A DNA stretch of 64,000 bases, taken from assembly GCF_006345805.1 (NCBI RefSeq), contig NC_043001.1, positions 74,090,001 to 74,154,000 on the forward strand. Reading direction: 5' to 3'. This stretch comes from Octopus sinensis (Eukaryota). Under the pieces are notes generated by a model. That model did not search any database and had not been told where the DNA came from. It saw only the letters and a program-made list of their open reading frames with translations. The position numbers and the translations under genes are program-made. Within the stretch, counting starts at the first letter, position 1; every line of letters begins with the position of its first letter. Positions 24,307-37,028 of this stretch are shown in pieces.

Positions 24307-26444
24307 ACAACTGGAGGTCTCTAAGGGACAACCTGCTGAGAGCCACTGACCAGATCTGTGGTTGGTGCAAAGTCCCCTCAAGACCCAAAATAATGTGGTG
24401 GTGGAACAATATTGTTGACAGGGCTATTAGACAAAAGAAACAGGCTTGGAAGAACGGTGGTAGCAGGGAAGTGTATCAGACTGTCAGAAGGGAAGCTAGG
24501 AGGCAGGTGTATTTAGCCAGAGGGGAAGCAGATAAAAAAAAATTTGCCAATGTTCTGCACCGTGAGGATGAAAGACTTGAGGTATTTCGTGTTGCAAGAC
24601 AATGTGTGAGAGAGAATCGTGATGTGGTAGGAGAGAAATGTGTTCGCATGGATGATGGTTCACTTGCGCTAAATGAGGATGTAAAGAGAGAGGATTGGAG
24701 ACGCCACTATGAAAGGTTGCTGAATAAAGAAAATGAATGGGATAAAGAGAGTCTGCTGAATGTCGACCCAACAAAGGGACCAGCTATCCGAGTTGACAGT
24801 TCCTTGGTAGTTAAGGCAATTAGAAGCATGAAGACAGGGAAAGCCCCAGGCCCATCAGCAATTACTGCAGAGATGCTCAAAATATCTGGTAGTGTCAGCT
24901 ATAGCCTAGTCACCCGTATAGTTAACCAAGTGATACACGAAGGAGTCATTCCTAATGACTGGTGTAGCAGCATAATAGTCAGCTGCTACAAAGGTAAAGG
25001 TGACGCCTTAGATACAAATAACTACAGGGGTATCAAGCTGTTGGATCAGGTAATGAAGGTTACGGAGAGGGTCATAGCCCAACTAATTAGAGAGAGAGTT
25101 AGTTTAGATGAGATGCAGTTTGGGTTCGTGCCAGGGAAAAGTACTACTGATGCTATATTCCTGGTAAGACAGCTGCAGGAGAAATACCTAGCCAAAGATA
25201 AGCCCCTGTACCTGGCTTTTGTTGACATGGAGAAAGCCTTCGACAGGGTCCCCCAATCCCTTATCTGGTGGTCAGTGAGAAAACTAGGGATAGATGAATG
25301 GTTAGTGAGAGCTGTGCGAGCCATGTACAGGGACGCTGCTAGTAAGATGAGGGTTGGCAACGAGTACAGTGAAGAATTCCGGGTAGAGGTTGGGGTCCAC
25401 CAAGGTTCAGTCCTCAGCCCCCTCCTATTTATCATAGTCCTCCAGGCAATAACGGAGGAATTCAAGACAGAATGCCCCTGGGAGCTCCTCTATGCTGATG
25501 ACCTTGCTCTAATTGCTGAGTCACTATCAGAACTGGAGGAGAAGTTTCAGGTGTGGAAGCAAGGATTAGAATCGAAGGGCCTTAGAGTCAACCTAGCTAA
25601 AACCAAAGTCCTGATAAGTAGGAAGGTAGACAAATCACAAACGCCTTCAGGTAGATGGCCCTGCTCGATCCGTAGAAAAGGCGTAGGTAGAAACTCTATA
25701 AGATGCACCAAGTGTAAGCTATGGACACATAAGAGGTGCAGCAATGTCAAAGGAAGGCTAACTAGGAAAATGGTTTTTGTATGTGACAGATGCTCAGGAG
25801 CAATAAACACTGAAAATGCACAGAGACCAACTTCCACCACATTCCAGGGAGAAAAACTAGAAATAGTTGATAGCTTCCGTTACCTAGGTGACCAAGTCAG
25901 TAGCGGGGGTGGGTGTGCTGAAAGTGTAACTGCTAGAGTAAGAATAGCCTGGGCAAAGTTCAGAGAGCTCTTACCCCTGCTGGTGACTAAAGGCCTCTCG
26001 CTCAGAGTAAAAGGCAGACTGTATGATGCATGTGTTCGAACAGCCATGCTACATGGTAGTGAAACATGGGCTGTGACTGCTGAGGATATGTGTAAGCTCA
26101 CATGAAATGAAGCCAGTATGCTCCGATGGATGTGTAATGTCAGTGTTCATACTCGATAGAGTGTAAGTACCTCGAGAGAAAAGTTGGACCTAAGAAGCAT
26201 CAGTTGTGGTGTGCAAGAGAGACGTTTACACTGGTATGGTCATGTGATGAGAATGGATGAAGATAGTTGTGTGAAAAAGTGCCAATCCCTAGCAGTTGAG
26301 AGAACCTGTGGAAGAGGTAGACCCAGGAAAACCTGGGACAAGGTGGTGAAGCACGACCTTCAAACTTTAGGTCTCACCGAGGAAATGACTAGAGATCGAG
26401 ACCTATGGGAGTATGCTGTGCTTGAGAAGACCCAGCAGGACTAG
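24302..26444 (+). pseudogene. RTE reverse transcriptase ORF2 lacking the endonuclease, with two premature stops near the C-terminus
   Basis: GKAPGP, NYRGIKLL, QFGFVPGKSTTDAIF, FVDMEKAFDRV, GVHQGSVLSPLLF, LLYADDL, VDSFRYLGD, RRLHWYGHVMRM and RGRPRKTW. In-frame TGA at 26103 and TAG at about 26157. Confidence 0.95.
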
Positions 26445-26921
26445 TGAGACCATAACCCATGGCCTCTACCTGGGATGTAGCCAGTCCACTTATGCATACC
26501 TTTCCTTCATGGGACACAAAACTCTACTTGTGAAGACCTGTTGAGTCAAGTGAGAAATCAGAATCAAAATCGATCAACATCAATGGAAATTGTAGCTGTG
26601 ATACCAGTGCCAGTGGCATGTAAAAAGCACCATCCGATCGTGGCCATTGCCAGCCTCACCCGGCCCCCGTGCCGGTGGCACATAAAAAGCACCATCCAAA
26701 CGTGGCCGTTTACCAGCCCCGTCTGACACCTGTGCCGGTGGCATGTAAAAAGCACCCACTACATTCACGGAGTGCTTGGTGTTAGGAAGGGCATCCAGCC
26801 ATAGAAACATTGCCAGATCAGACTGGGCATGGTGCAGCCTTCTGGCTTCCCAGACCCCAGTTGAACCGTCCAACCCATGCTAGCATGGAAAGCGAACGCT
26901 AAATGATGATGATGATGATGA
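24302..26921 (+). mobile_element. 5'-truncated RTE-clade LINE
   Basis: Starts directly after (TA)n. It contains an RT ORF, a 3' UTR with internal ~62 bp repeats, and a (GAT)n tail. Confidence 0.95.
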
Positions 26922-27034
26922 TACCTACATATACTAAGTCAAAGGGATGTAAACACACCAGTGCCGATTGTCAAGTGGCAGTGGGGGAGAAACACAGGCA
27001 CAGGACACACAGACACCCTCCACACGCACATACA

Positions 27035-27070
<36 letters not shown>

Positions 27071-27861
27071 TATATGTGTATATATATAAAACAACAAATG
27101 GATTGTGTTTCAGATGTATTTTTTATTGATGAATAGAAGTGTTACATCATGCAAAAATGCTGTTTTCATCAGGTGAATACAGGTAAGAATTAAACATCTA
27201 GAACTTCTGAAGAACAAGTACCATATGACTCTATTGACCCAAAGTCGATCAGAGATCAGAGATATGTACACACACACACACACACAATAATAAAGGTGAC
27301 TGGTTGCAATACAAAACCAAAAGGAAGAGTTCAGTTATCACTAATATTGACTGAGAGTATATTGTAGCACCTACAGTGCAAGTAATAAGAATCAAAGACC
27401 CTTATAGCCACAAACATAGCACAAGTCCATGTACTGAGAGTTAACTGCCCCATAGCAAATGAGGGTACTAAACTGGCAAGCCAATTTCACTAGAAATTTA
27501 AGCTCGTCAGCAGTAGTACTTCATTGTTTATAGTTAAGTCAAATCCAACCTGTCAGTATGCAGATATTACCATATGAATCAATGACTGATTCAGTAAAAT
27601 AGTAATGTAAAAATTATAAAATAATTAAGGTGACTAGACACAATATAAGACCAAAATGAAGAATTTAGTTGTTGCTAATAGTGACTGAGGGTGCATTGTA
27701 GCTCCTATATTGATAGAAATAAGAGTCAAAGACCTTTCTAGCCGCAAATATAGTGCAAGTTTATGTACTGACAGGGGAGTTAACCACCCCATAGGCAGAT
27801 AGGGTACTAAATTGGCAAGCCAATTTTGCTTGAAATTATAGCTATCACTTATACACACACT

Positions 27862-27864
<3 letters not shown>

Positions 27865-27938
<74 letters not shown>
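27865..27938. repeat. (CA)n microsatellite
   Basis: Direct reading. Confidence 0.95.
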
Positions 27939-27939
<1 letters not shown>

Positions 27940-27945
<6 letters not shown>

Positions 27946-28246
27946 CATACATGTACATATCTCTATGTGTAGATATACATATATATGTATAGGGGAGAAT
28001 TCATGAAAAAACATAAGGCAAAGACAGGTGGTGTAGAAAACAAACAGATGTATTAGTATAACACTCAGGAATTGAAAAAGTCTTTTACATTTTGAGCCTA
28101 CGCTCTTCCACAGAAAGAAACAAGGAGAGAAAAAAACTGTGTAGTGGCTATGTCAAAGCAATTGTAATTGTTTTGAATAAAGAATCCAATGAAGTTTCGT
28201 TTTTGTCTCTGATATATAAATATATGTATGCATGTATGTATGTATG

Positions 28247-28280
<34 letters not shown>

Positions 28281-28589
28281 TATATATACATACATGTACA
28301 TATCTCTATGTGTAGATATACATATATATGTATAGGGGAGAATTCATGAAAAAACATAAGGCAAAGACAGGTGGTGTAGAAAACAAACAGATGTATTAGT
28401 ATAACACTCAGGAATTGAAAAAGTCTTTTACATTTTGAGCCTACGCTCTTCCACAGAAAGAAACAAGGAGAGAAAAAAACTGTGTAGTGGCTATGTCAAA
28501 GCAATTGTAATTGTTTTGAATAAAGAATCCAATGAAGTTTCGTTTTTGTCTCTGATATATAAATATATGTATGCATGTATGTATGTATG

Positions 28590-28623
<34 letters not shown>

Positions 28624-28625
28624 TA
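27940..28625. repeat. Tandem duplication, unit about 343 bp
   Basis: 27940-28282 and 28283-28625 are essentially identical (ORFs 28092 and 28435 share the same translation), with microsatellites at the junctions. Confidence 0.92.
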
Positions 28626-28959
28626 TATACATACATATATGCATGCATGCATATATGTTTATACACACATGCACGTGCACACGAACACACACACACACAT
28701 ATTGAAACAAAGACTGGAATTTATGGTATTATTTTTAATTCTATAGTTACAATTGTTTCATTATAGGAAATATATTTTATGAAAATAAATATTAATAATA
28801 ATATCAATATTAAATTCATACTATAATAATATACATACATGATTATTTAATACCCATGTGAAATTGGATTTGATCTCAATAAATAAAATTCTTTTGACAT
28901 GAATTCAATTGCATGTGGGTATTAAGTAATGACTAGTAAAGACTTGTTTTGCTTTAGAG

Positions 28960-30357
28960 CTGTCACTCAGGATGGATGTGGTGGCTGCATGAGATCCAGG
29001 AATTTGCCTCTAGGTTCTAGCCAGACGGTACTCCCTGATATATCCCATCTGAAAGGGATCAATGTCAAGAGAGGTGCTGCAAGGTAGGTGAGCTACATTT
29101 TCTCCCCAGCATAGAATGTCAACCAGGCAGAGAACATGTACATCAATGATTTGTCTATCTTTAATGATGAAAGCTATATGTATCTCATAATCGTAAAACT
29201 AGAATTAAAAAAGTGTTTTTCTGCAGACTCTGGAAAATATGGAAGTCAGAAATGTCTGCATTTAACAAGATGGTATCTCACAATGCTTTTGCAGTGCCAG
29301 TGCTAGTACCAACTTTTAGGATATTGGACTGGACATCTGACGAGATCTGCAGCTGGAACATCAAAACTAGAAAGGTACTGACCACTGCTGGCAACTTCCA
29401 CATTAACAGCAACTTTGAGAGGACCTATGTGGGAGGAAGAGATGATGGCAGAGGTACAAGGTCAGTTCAAACAGTTTTTGAATTTCACATTGTATCACTC
29501 AGACAATACCTGCAGGGTAGCATAGAAATAAACAAGTATATTACAAGCTTACTCAAAAGTGAGAGCAACAACAGTTTCAGAGTAGGTGAAGAATTCCTGA
29601 GCAGATAGAGTACAACCAAACTGTTTCATCTGACCCAAAGGAGGCTGAATTGACATACCTAAACTAGACCTGGAAAGTGAAGCATGCATCATACCAACAA
29701 AAAATAATTCATGGGTACATATCTCATAAGCTAGAGTATAACAGCAACATTAACAGAAAGGATGGCCTCTTTTGGAGCTATGACAGATACTTTACATTGC
29801 ACCTAGAAGGATATACTCCAATGAAATCAGCAATCTGGTGCAAACACAACTGACTTGATATTGTTTTATGGGACAGGGAGCAAAAGTTATGCCCTGCTGC
29901 AAAGGCCAGCATCCAAGTAAATGTGAACGTATCACTGAAAGTCCAGGAAATAAACATTTTTAGTGAATTAATGTGGAACTTCTAGCTCTTGTATCCTGAC
30001 TATAAATTTTCAATTGTACCTATTGTCCATCATAGGTACATTAGGCTATGTATCTATAGTTTCACACAAAAAACTAGAAATACTAGATTTCCTGTAGAAA
30101 GAGTAAAAGAAACTGATACACATTATTCAAATCCAATCTATTAGTGACAGTGAAAATTTGTAAGACATTGCAAAGATTCTCCACTTGAGATTCTTTAAAT
30201 GAGTAAACGTGCTCATTTAGTTGTGTGCATCGACAGTTCAACTAACACACCAGCTCAACCACGTATTTACAAACATCAGGAGCCTTCTTAACTCAACATA
30301 TCTTGCTGCTTTGTTAATGACCATTTTGAACTCTCTTAGGGACTTAAATAGTCACAC
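28960..30357 (+). mobile_element. Degenerate RLE-type (R4-like) LINE ending in (CATA)n
   Basis: KIWKSEMSAFNKMVSHNAFAVPVLVPTFRILDW..GGRG-like post-RT motifs, an RLE-like DIVLWDR, and a C-terminal IQIQSI..KICKTLQRF. Followed by (CATA)n at about 30357-30405. Confidence 0.75.
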
Positions 30358-30434
30358 ATACATACATACATACATACATACATACATACATACATACATA
30401 CATACACACACATATACATGCTTGCATACATACA

Positions 30435-30915
30435 TGATGATGATGGCCATCCACTTGTGACCGAGGAAGATCATTGCTGACCTTCAAGAACATTGTGCCT
30501 CCTAGGATATGGGGGGTGGGGGTGGAAAGCAGCACATATCGAGCAGAGGTCAGCAATGTCTGTGCAGAGTTTTAGGTCCAATAAGGCTTGCATGATGCCC
30601 CATAGACCCTCTCCATTCTATTGACATTATCCAGAGACAAGCCAGAGCAAGATGTCTGGTGCCAATATGAGTCGCAGGCTCAGGGATGTGGGAGCGCCAT
30701 GATCTCTAGCACAAACCAATGATCCCCAAAATGTCCAATGCCATTCCCTGCACATCTGGTTTTGTATCAGAGTGACCTTTTCCTTGAGACATGCTTCAAC
30801 AGAAGCTGGGAGGTGCCTCCCTCCCAGTGGTTTTCCAGCATGCCAGACACCATCCTGGAATTTATGCGTATCTGTGCTATTGCTAGATAGCCATTGAGCC
30901 TGCACTAGGTTTATC
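30435..30915 (-). mobile_element. Probable RTE/BovB-like non-autonomous fragment
   Basis: GC-richer block starting at a (GAT)n run with CCATCCACTTGTGACCGAGGAAGATC, resembling reverse-complemented RTE 3' ends. No ORF. Confidence 0.35.
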
Positions 30916-31539
30916 TGACCTTTCAGCAGGTCTTGTTTTTAATCATACCTACATATATACATACAGTTCATAATATTTTTCAAAAGTGATGATGAATCAA
31001 ATAAAGCAAAAAAGAAAAAAAATCCCAAATAAATGAATATTTAATTAAATTTTGTTGGCATTTCTTAAAAATAAAGTAAAAAAAAATCACAAGCTTACAT
31101 GAAAAGAAATTTGTTGTTTCTTCAAATAATTGGCAATAATTTATAATTAGTTGAGATAATTGACATCATCTACGAGATGTGGTCTCTCAATGTTTAATGG
31201 TGTCTCTGACATCAAATATATTTGTTTTGTGAATACTTTGAACTACATAAACTAAAAATCATTCATGATATTTAGTCTGTTTCTAGTGCAAATATTCATC
31301 ACTGTCGTCTTTGTTGTTGTTGTCATCGTTGTTGTCATCATCATCATCACCACCACCAACAACACAACCACCACCAAACCCACCACCACCACCACCACAA
31401 CCACAACCACTACCACCACCATCATTTAAGGTTCATGTTCCATGCTGGCATGTGTTGGATGGTGTGATAGGATCCAGTGGGGCCAAGAACTGCTTTATAG
31501 TCTTAACTCTACTGTGGTATGGTTTCCATGGCTTACTTA

Positions 31540-31877
31540 CTGTAAATCTTTGAGTATAATCCACATTTTTTTCCCAAAATTTAAAGGTCAAAATCCCTAG
31601 TGTGTACTATATACGAGGTTAAAAATGAAAAATATTTTCTAAGCAATGTCCAAGTCTCTATTTGCTGTCCCACATAACAGTTAAGAACATCACCATTATT
31701 ATATTGCGCATGCGTGGAAGTGTTTGTTTGACTAAGTGCTGCTGGCTTAATTACATACAACTCAAGTTAGAGAAGGGGTGCATATTATACACAAGGCTTA
31801 AGTTTTTCAGAGGTACAGCCCCTTAAAAATCCTTTGCGTATTATACTTAAGGGCGGACTATACTCAAGGATTTACAG
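31540..31877. mobile_element. Tc1/mariner-superfamily (pogo/Tc2-like) MITE
   Basis: TIRs CTGTAAATCTTTGAGTATAATCC and GGACTATACTCAAGGATTTACAG. TA on the left and TG on the right (decayed TSD). Confidence 0.8.
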
Positions 31878-32069
31878 TGTTTATCATCTACCTTGCAACG
31901 TAGCAAATGAAAAATTAAATTTAACAATAATTTTTTTTTTGTAAAGAACCAAGAAATAGTGAACCTATCATCAGCAATTTGTTCTTTGACACATTAAAGC
32001 TCACAACATTATCCACCATCTTTCCAACAACTTTGGTAATTTTTTTGAACTTAATTTCTCTACCAATTG

Positions 32070-32580
32070 TAAGGTCACAAACTGGCAGAATCATTTGCAT
32101 GCTGGGCAAAATGCTTAGCGGCATTTCATCCGTCACTACTTTCTGAGTTCAAATTCCACTGAGGACGATTTTGCCTTTCATACTTTTAGGGTAAATAAAA
32201 TAAGTAGTAGTTGAACACTGGGGTCAATGTAATCAACTTACCTTCTCCCCTGAAGCTGCTGGCCTTGTGCCAAACTTTCAAGTCCTCCTCCTCCTCCCCT
32301 TCTTCTTCTGTTGCTGCTGCTGCTGCTGCCATCACACCACTTTAATAACAATAATGATGATCCTTTCTACTAAAGGTACAAGACCTGGCATTTTGTGGGA
32401 GGGGCTAGTTGATTATATTGACCCTATTATGCAACTAACTGGTACTTATTTCATCGACCCTGATAGGATAAAAGGCAAAGTCAACCTCAGCAGCATTTGA
32501 GCTCAGATCATAAATACAGATGAAATGCTGCTAAACATTTTGTCTGGTGTGCTAACGATTCTGTCAGCTTGCTACCATAA
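32070..32580. mobile_element. Two SINE family A copies in tail-to-tail (inverted) orientation
   Basis: Plus copy about 32070-32280 and minus copy about 32362-32580, separated by triplet microsatellites. Confidence 0.75.
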
Positions 32581-33129
32581 ACACAGAAGTAATAATAATT
32601 GTAATTAATCCTTATATTAACTCCGGTTCCACAAATCAACGGTGGTGATGGCGGTGGTGGTCATCGTCGTCGTGGTGTGGAAAAAGGAAGAGAAAAGTGT
32701 GAATCAATTTGCAGTACAGACTTGGTGTTTATCGATGACAAAGCTGACCTAAGTAGGATTAAAACCCAAAATGTAAAGATAGATTTAAATACAAACTCAA
32801 TATTATTTCGTGAATTGGTTTTCACCACACTGGTAATAGTGTTTGTTTGTGTTTATATTTTTCTGAGTGTTTCCTAATGATTTGGTCTGGAGTCCATTGG
32901 TTCACAAATTCTCTAAGATTTTGACTATGGCCTTCACGAGCCCCCCAAGGGGATTGTGTCTATGACCCTCATTGACCCTCTAAGTGGTCTGTGTTCAATA
33001 CCTTCATAGGTTCTTCACATATGTTCCATATTCTGCAGTAGAAACACAAAACATTTAAGCTGTTAGTCTGGTGATTCTGCATTTCATTATTTGATGTATA
33101 AGAGCAGCAACAACAACAACAATAATAAT

Positions 33130-35041
33130 TTGGAACTGGTTACAAACCTAAACATGGCATGGGTTGATTATCACAAAGCATACGATATGATACCACATTC
33201 CTGGATAATAAAAACAATGGAATGTATGGAGTAGCAGAGAATATGAGAAGCATTATATGGAATAGCATGAAATGCTGGAGAACAGAGCAGAGAAGCAAGT
33301 ACTAGGAGAGGTGAAAATCAAGAGAGGAATCTTCCAGGGGAATGGTGTGTCCCCACTGATATTTGTGTTGGGAATGATCCCCTTGAGTGAAATACTGCAG
33401 AAAACAAAGTTGGCGTATGATCTGATAGAGGTAAGGAAAAACTAAACTACTTGCTATTCATGAACGACCTGAAGATATTCACAAAATCTGAGGCAGAACT
33501 GGACAGCCTAGTCTAGTGTGTGTGGATTTTCTCCAATGATATTAAGATGGAGTTTGGACTCTCAAAATGTGCTACAGTCATGATGGGATGAGGAAAGTTT
33601 GCCAGGACGGAAGGTATATGGTTGCCAAGTGGTGAAATGATGAGGGCAATCCAACCTCAATCCTGCTATAAATACCTGGGAATACTCGAGGCAGATGCAA
33701 CCAAACACCACGAGATTAAGGAAATGACCAAAAGAGAGTACCTGCGGTGATTGAGAAAAATATTGGCTGCAAAGCTGAATGCCAGAAATGTAATTTAGGC
33801 AATAAACTCGTGCACAGTCGCAGTAGTTTGGTATGGTGCTGGAATCCTGAAATGAACAGAGGAGGAGCTAAAGGAGATGGACAGGAAGTCAAGAAAGCTC
33901 CTAATGATGCATGGAGCCTATCAGCCATGTGCAGACACTGATTGCCTATACTTGAAGAAAGCAAATGGAGGAAGGGGATCGATAAATGTGGAAGACTGCA
34001 TGCGTATTGAACTCAAAAGCTTAATGAGATACCTAGCCCAAGGTTAGGAATGTTATTGAGAGCAGAGAAAAAAAGGGAAAACAAAGGAAGAAGTATGAAA
34101 AGGGGATGAAGAAGAATTACACAAGAAGGGACTATATAATCAACAGAGGTTGCTGGAAAAAATAGGGAGGTTGGTTGATGGAAGGAACCCTAAAAAAAGA
34201 GACTGAGAGCACTATACTGGCAGTGCAGTACCAAGCTCTGGCCACAAACTGGAGGGTCAACCTGAGGAATGAGCAAATGACCCCACTGTGCTGCATCAGC
34301 AATAGAGTGGATGAAACCATTACCCATATCATGAATGAATATCCTAGACTTGCCCAAAACCACTACAAGTTGTGATAACATGACCAGGTATCGAAAGTGC
34401 TACATTGGAAACTGTGCGAAAAGTGGGGGCTAGAGAAAGGCAAGACATGGTATGAGCACAAACTGCAAAGAGTGGCAGAGTTGGAGACTAGTAAAATCCT
34501 CTGGAATTTTCCAATCCAAATAGATCAGGTTTTTGAGAAATTTTTGCTGCAGCCCAGCAACGAACAACAAGCACTAGCACTAGACTCAGCAATGCCAGGT
34601 CATAGTGCTAGTACAAGATATTATGGGACTTTAACATTCAAACTGACAGAGTAATAGAAGCTAGAAGGCCTGATTTGGTAGTAGCAGGTAAAGAGAATAG
34701 AAAATATCATATAATTGACTTTACAGTCCCAAATGATGAAAAAATTAATATAAGAGGTATATAAAAAATAGCAAAGTACCAGGACCTAACTATTGAATTA
34801 CAGAGACTGTGGAAAGCATGGGTAAAATGTATCCCAATAGTTATAGGTGCATTGGGAACTATTCCTGAAAATCTGAACAGTTGGATAGAGGAAATAGGCA
34901 TAAAACCCAGTTTAATACAGCTCCAGAAAACTATTATTAAGGACAGTTATTAGGGGGGTTCTTGGCATCTAAGGTGACTTGTAACCTGATGTTAAGATTC
35001 TTTTCTTTTCCAACAGTCTAATCTGTTGAGTGCATATGAAC
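33130..35041 (+). mobile_element. R4/Dong-clade LINE relic (RT plus restriction-like endonuclease) in a (TAA)n tract
   Basis: MAWVDYHKAYDMIPHSW, IKRGIFQGNGVSPLIF, LLFMNDLKIF, MEFGLSKCA, YKYLGILE, KETESTILAVQYQAL, ETITHI, RRPDLVV..IIDFTVPND, KYQDLTIELQRLW and PIVIGALG. (AAC/AAT)n lies upstream and (TAA)n downstream. Confidence 0.9.
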
Positions 35042-35128
<87 letters not shown>

Positions 35129-35150
35129 GTAGTAGTAGTAGTTGTAGTAG
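35042..35150. repeat. (TAA)n then (TAG)n microsatellite
   Basis: Direct reading. Confidence 0.95.
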
Positions 35151-35534
35151 TAATCACCAAAATCATTTTCAGCTTTAATTCTACTTCAAGAGGTTTGGAA
35201 TCTAAAGTATATATGGAACAGGTTTTCGTATATTTAAGTTGTTTTTCAGAAAAATCTCAGAATTCTTCAATAATGTCTTGTGACTTCTTATCTTTTAAGA
35301 TGCCAGCTGAGGGTTGGGTTCTGGAAATATGGTAGGTTGCAAAGATAAGCAAGTCTGATATCAGTTTTGTTCAGAATCATGTTGAACATTATAATGAAGA
35401 CACATTCCAATATGGATAAAAATATTTTACTGTGAGAGCATCAAGGCTGATCACAAGCCTGCACACATGCATACATACATGTGCACTCCTACACACAGTA
35501 TGTACTACACACACATCTCTCTATCTTGATTGTG

Positions 35535-35597
<63 letters not shown>

Positions 35598-35735
35598 ATG
35601 TATGTGTGTGCAGTAATATTAATATAAAGTTATATTGAAGAACAGTTGAAAAATAAACTTAAAGCTCATTCAATATATTCTAGTAGAGTACCATTTTTAT
35701 TTTTATAAGGAATAAGCGATATATATGTATGTATG

Positions 35736-36128
35736 TCACTATTCAGTTAATTTCAAGATTTCTTGCCAATAGAGAAAGGACTCATTTCTAACCAAGATTC
35801 AAGGCTCCTTCATTGGAATTTCAACATCAAAAACAGGGTATTTTTGTTTGTTTGTGCAGATTTGTACGTTTTATGTATGTATTCTCATGCATAGAGATAC
35901 ATTTCTAGACATGCTCATTTATATTTAAATGACAAACTTCTGGAAAGTTTTACAGATTTTTACAGTTCCAGTGATGGATTGGATCTGTAGCCTTCGAATT
36001 AGCTTTCTCCTTTCTGGTTTTGAGATGCCTAATTTCTCAAGAGTGGTATTATCCATGCATAGTCTTCTGCTCATATAGACTCATCCTTTCATCTGATATG
36101 TTGCAGCAGTTGTGGGACTTCTTTGGGC
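35736..36128 (-). mobile_element. 3' fragment of an RLE-type LINE within (TATG)n
   Basis: The minus strand encodes LEKLGISKPERRKLIRRLQIQSITGTVKICKTFQKFVI*, homologous to the C-terminus at about 30100-30185. (TATG)n flanks both sides. Confidence 0.7.
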
Positions 36129-36207
36129 ATGTATGTATGTATGTATGTATGTATGTATGTATGTATGTATGTATGTATGTATGTATGTATATATGTGTGT
36201 ATGTGTG

Positions 36208-36234
<27 letters not shown>

Positions 36235-36246
<12 letters not shown>

Positions 36247-36997
36247 AGAGTTTACGAAAAAAACAAAAGACGAAGACAGGTGGTGTACAAAACAAACAGA
36301 TGTATTAGTATATATATATATATAATTAAGGATTTCTTTCTTTATTTATATATATAATTAAGTTGCTTCACCACATACCGAAAATTTAGAAATAGCAGCC
36401 AAAGACAGCTTATAGCCTCGCCTGGCACCTGTGCAGGTGGCACGTAAAAAGCACCCACTACACTCACGGAGTGGTTGGCGTTAGGAAGGGCATCCAGCTG
36501 TAGAAACATTGCCAGATAAGACTGGAGCCTGGTGCAGCCTTCTGGCTTCCCAGATCCCCGGTTGAACCGTCCAACCCATGCTAGCATGGAGAACGGACGT
36601 TAAACGATGATGATGATAGGCAAAAGAAGAAAAATAACAAGATCAAATATATATATATGTATGTATATATATATATATATACACATACACACACACACAC
36701 ACACATATATATATGAATGTAAGCTTGCCACACGCTTAGCGCTGCGTATATGTGCATACATTTTTGTAGGCGCGGGCATGGCTGTGTGGTTAGGGAGCTT
36801 GCTTCCTAGCTATATGGTTTCAGGTTCAGTCCCACTGTGTGGCACTTTGGGTAGGTGTCTTTCACTATAGCCCCGAGCTGACCGGAGCTTTGTGATTGAA
36901 TTCGGTAGGTGGAAGTTACTGCCGTGTGTGTATATGTGCGTGTAGGTGCTTGTGCCTCTCCGAAAGAGAGAGAGAGGGATATATATACATACATATA

Positions 36998-37028
<31 letters not shown>

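Noticed and set aside
26600-26760. CRISPR-like pattern (25 bp palindromic repeat with ~38 bp spacers), also at 51580-51940
   Set aside because: The spacers are homologous to one another, the array lies in an RTE 3' UTR in eukaryotic DNA, and there are no cas genes.
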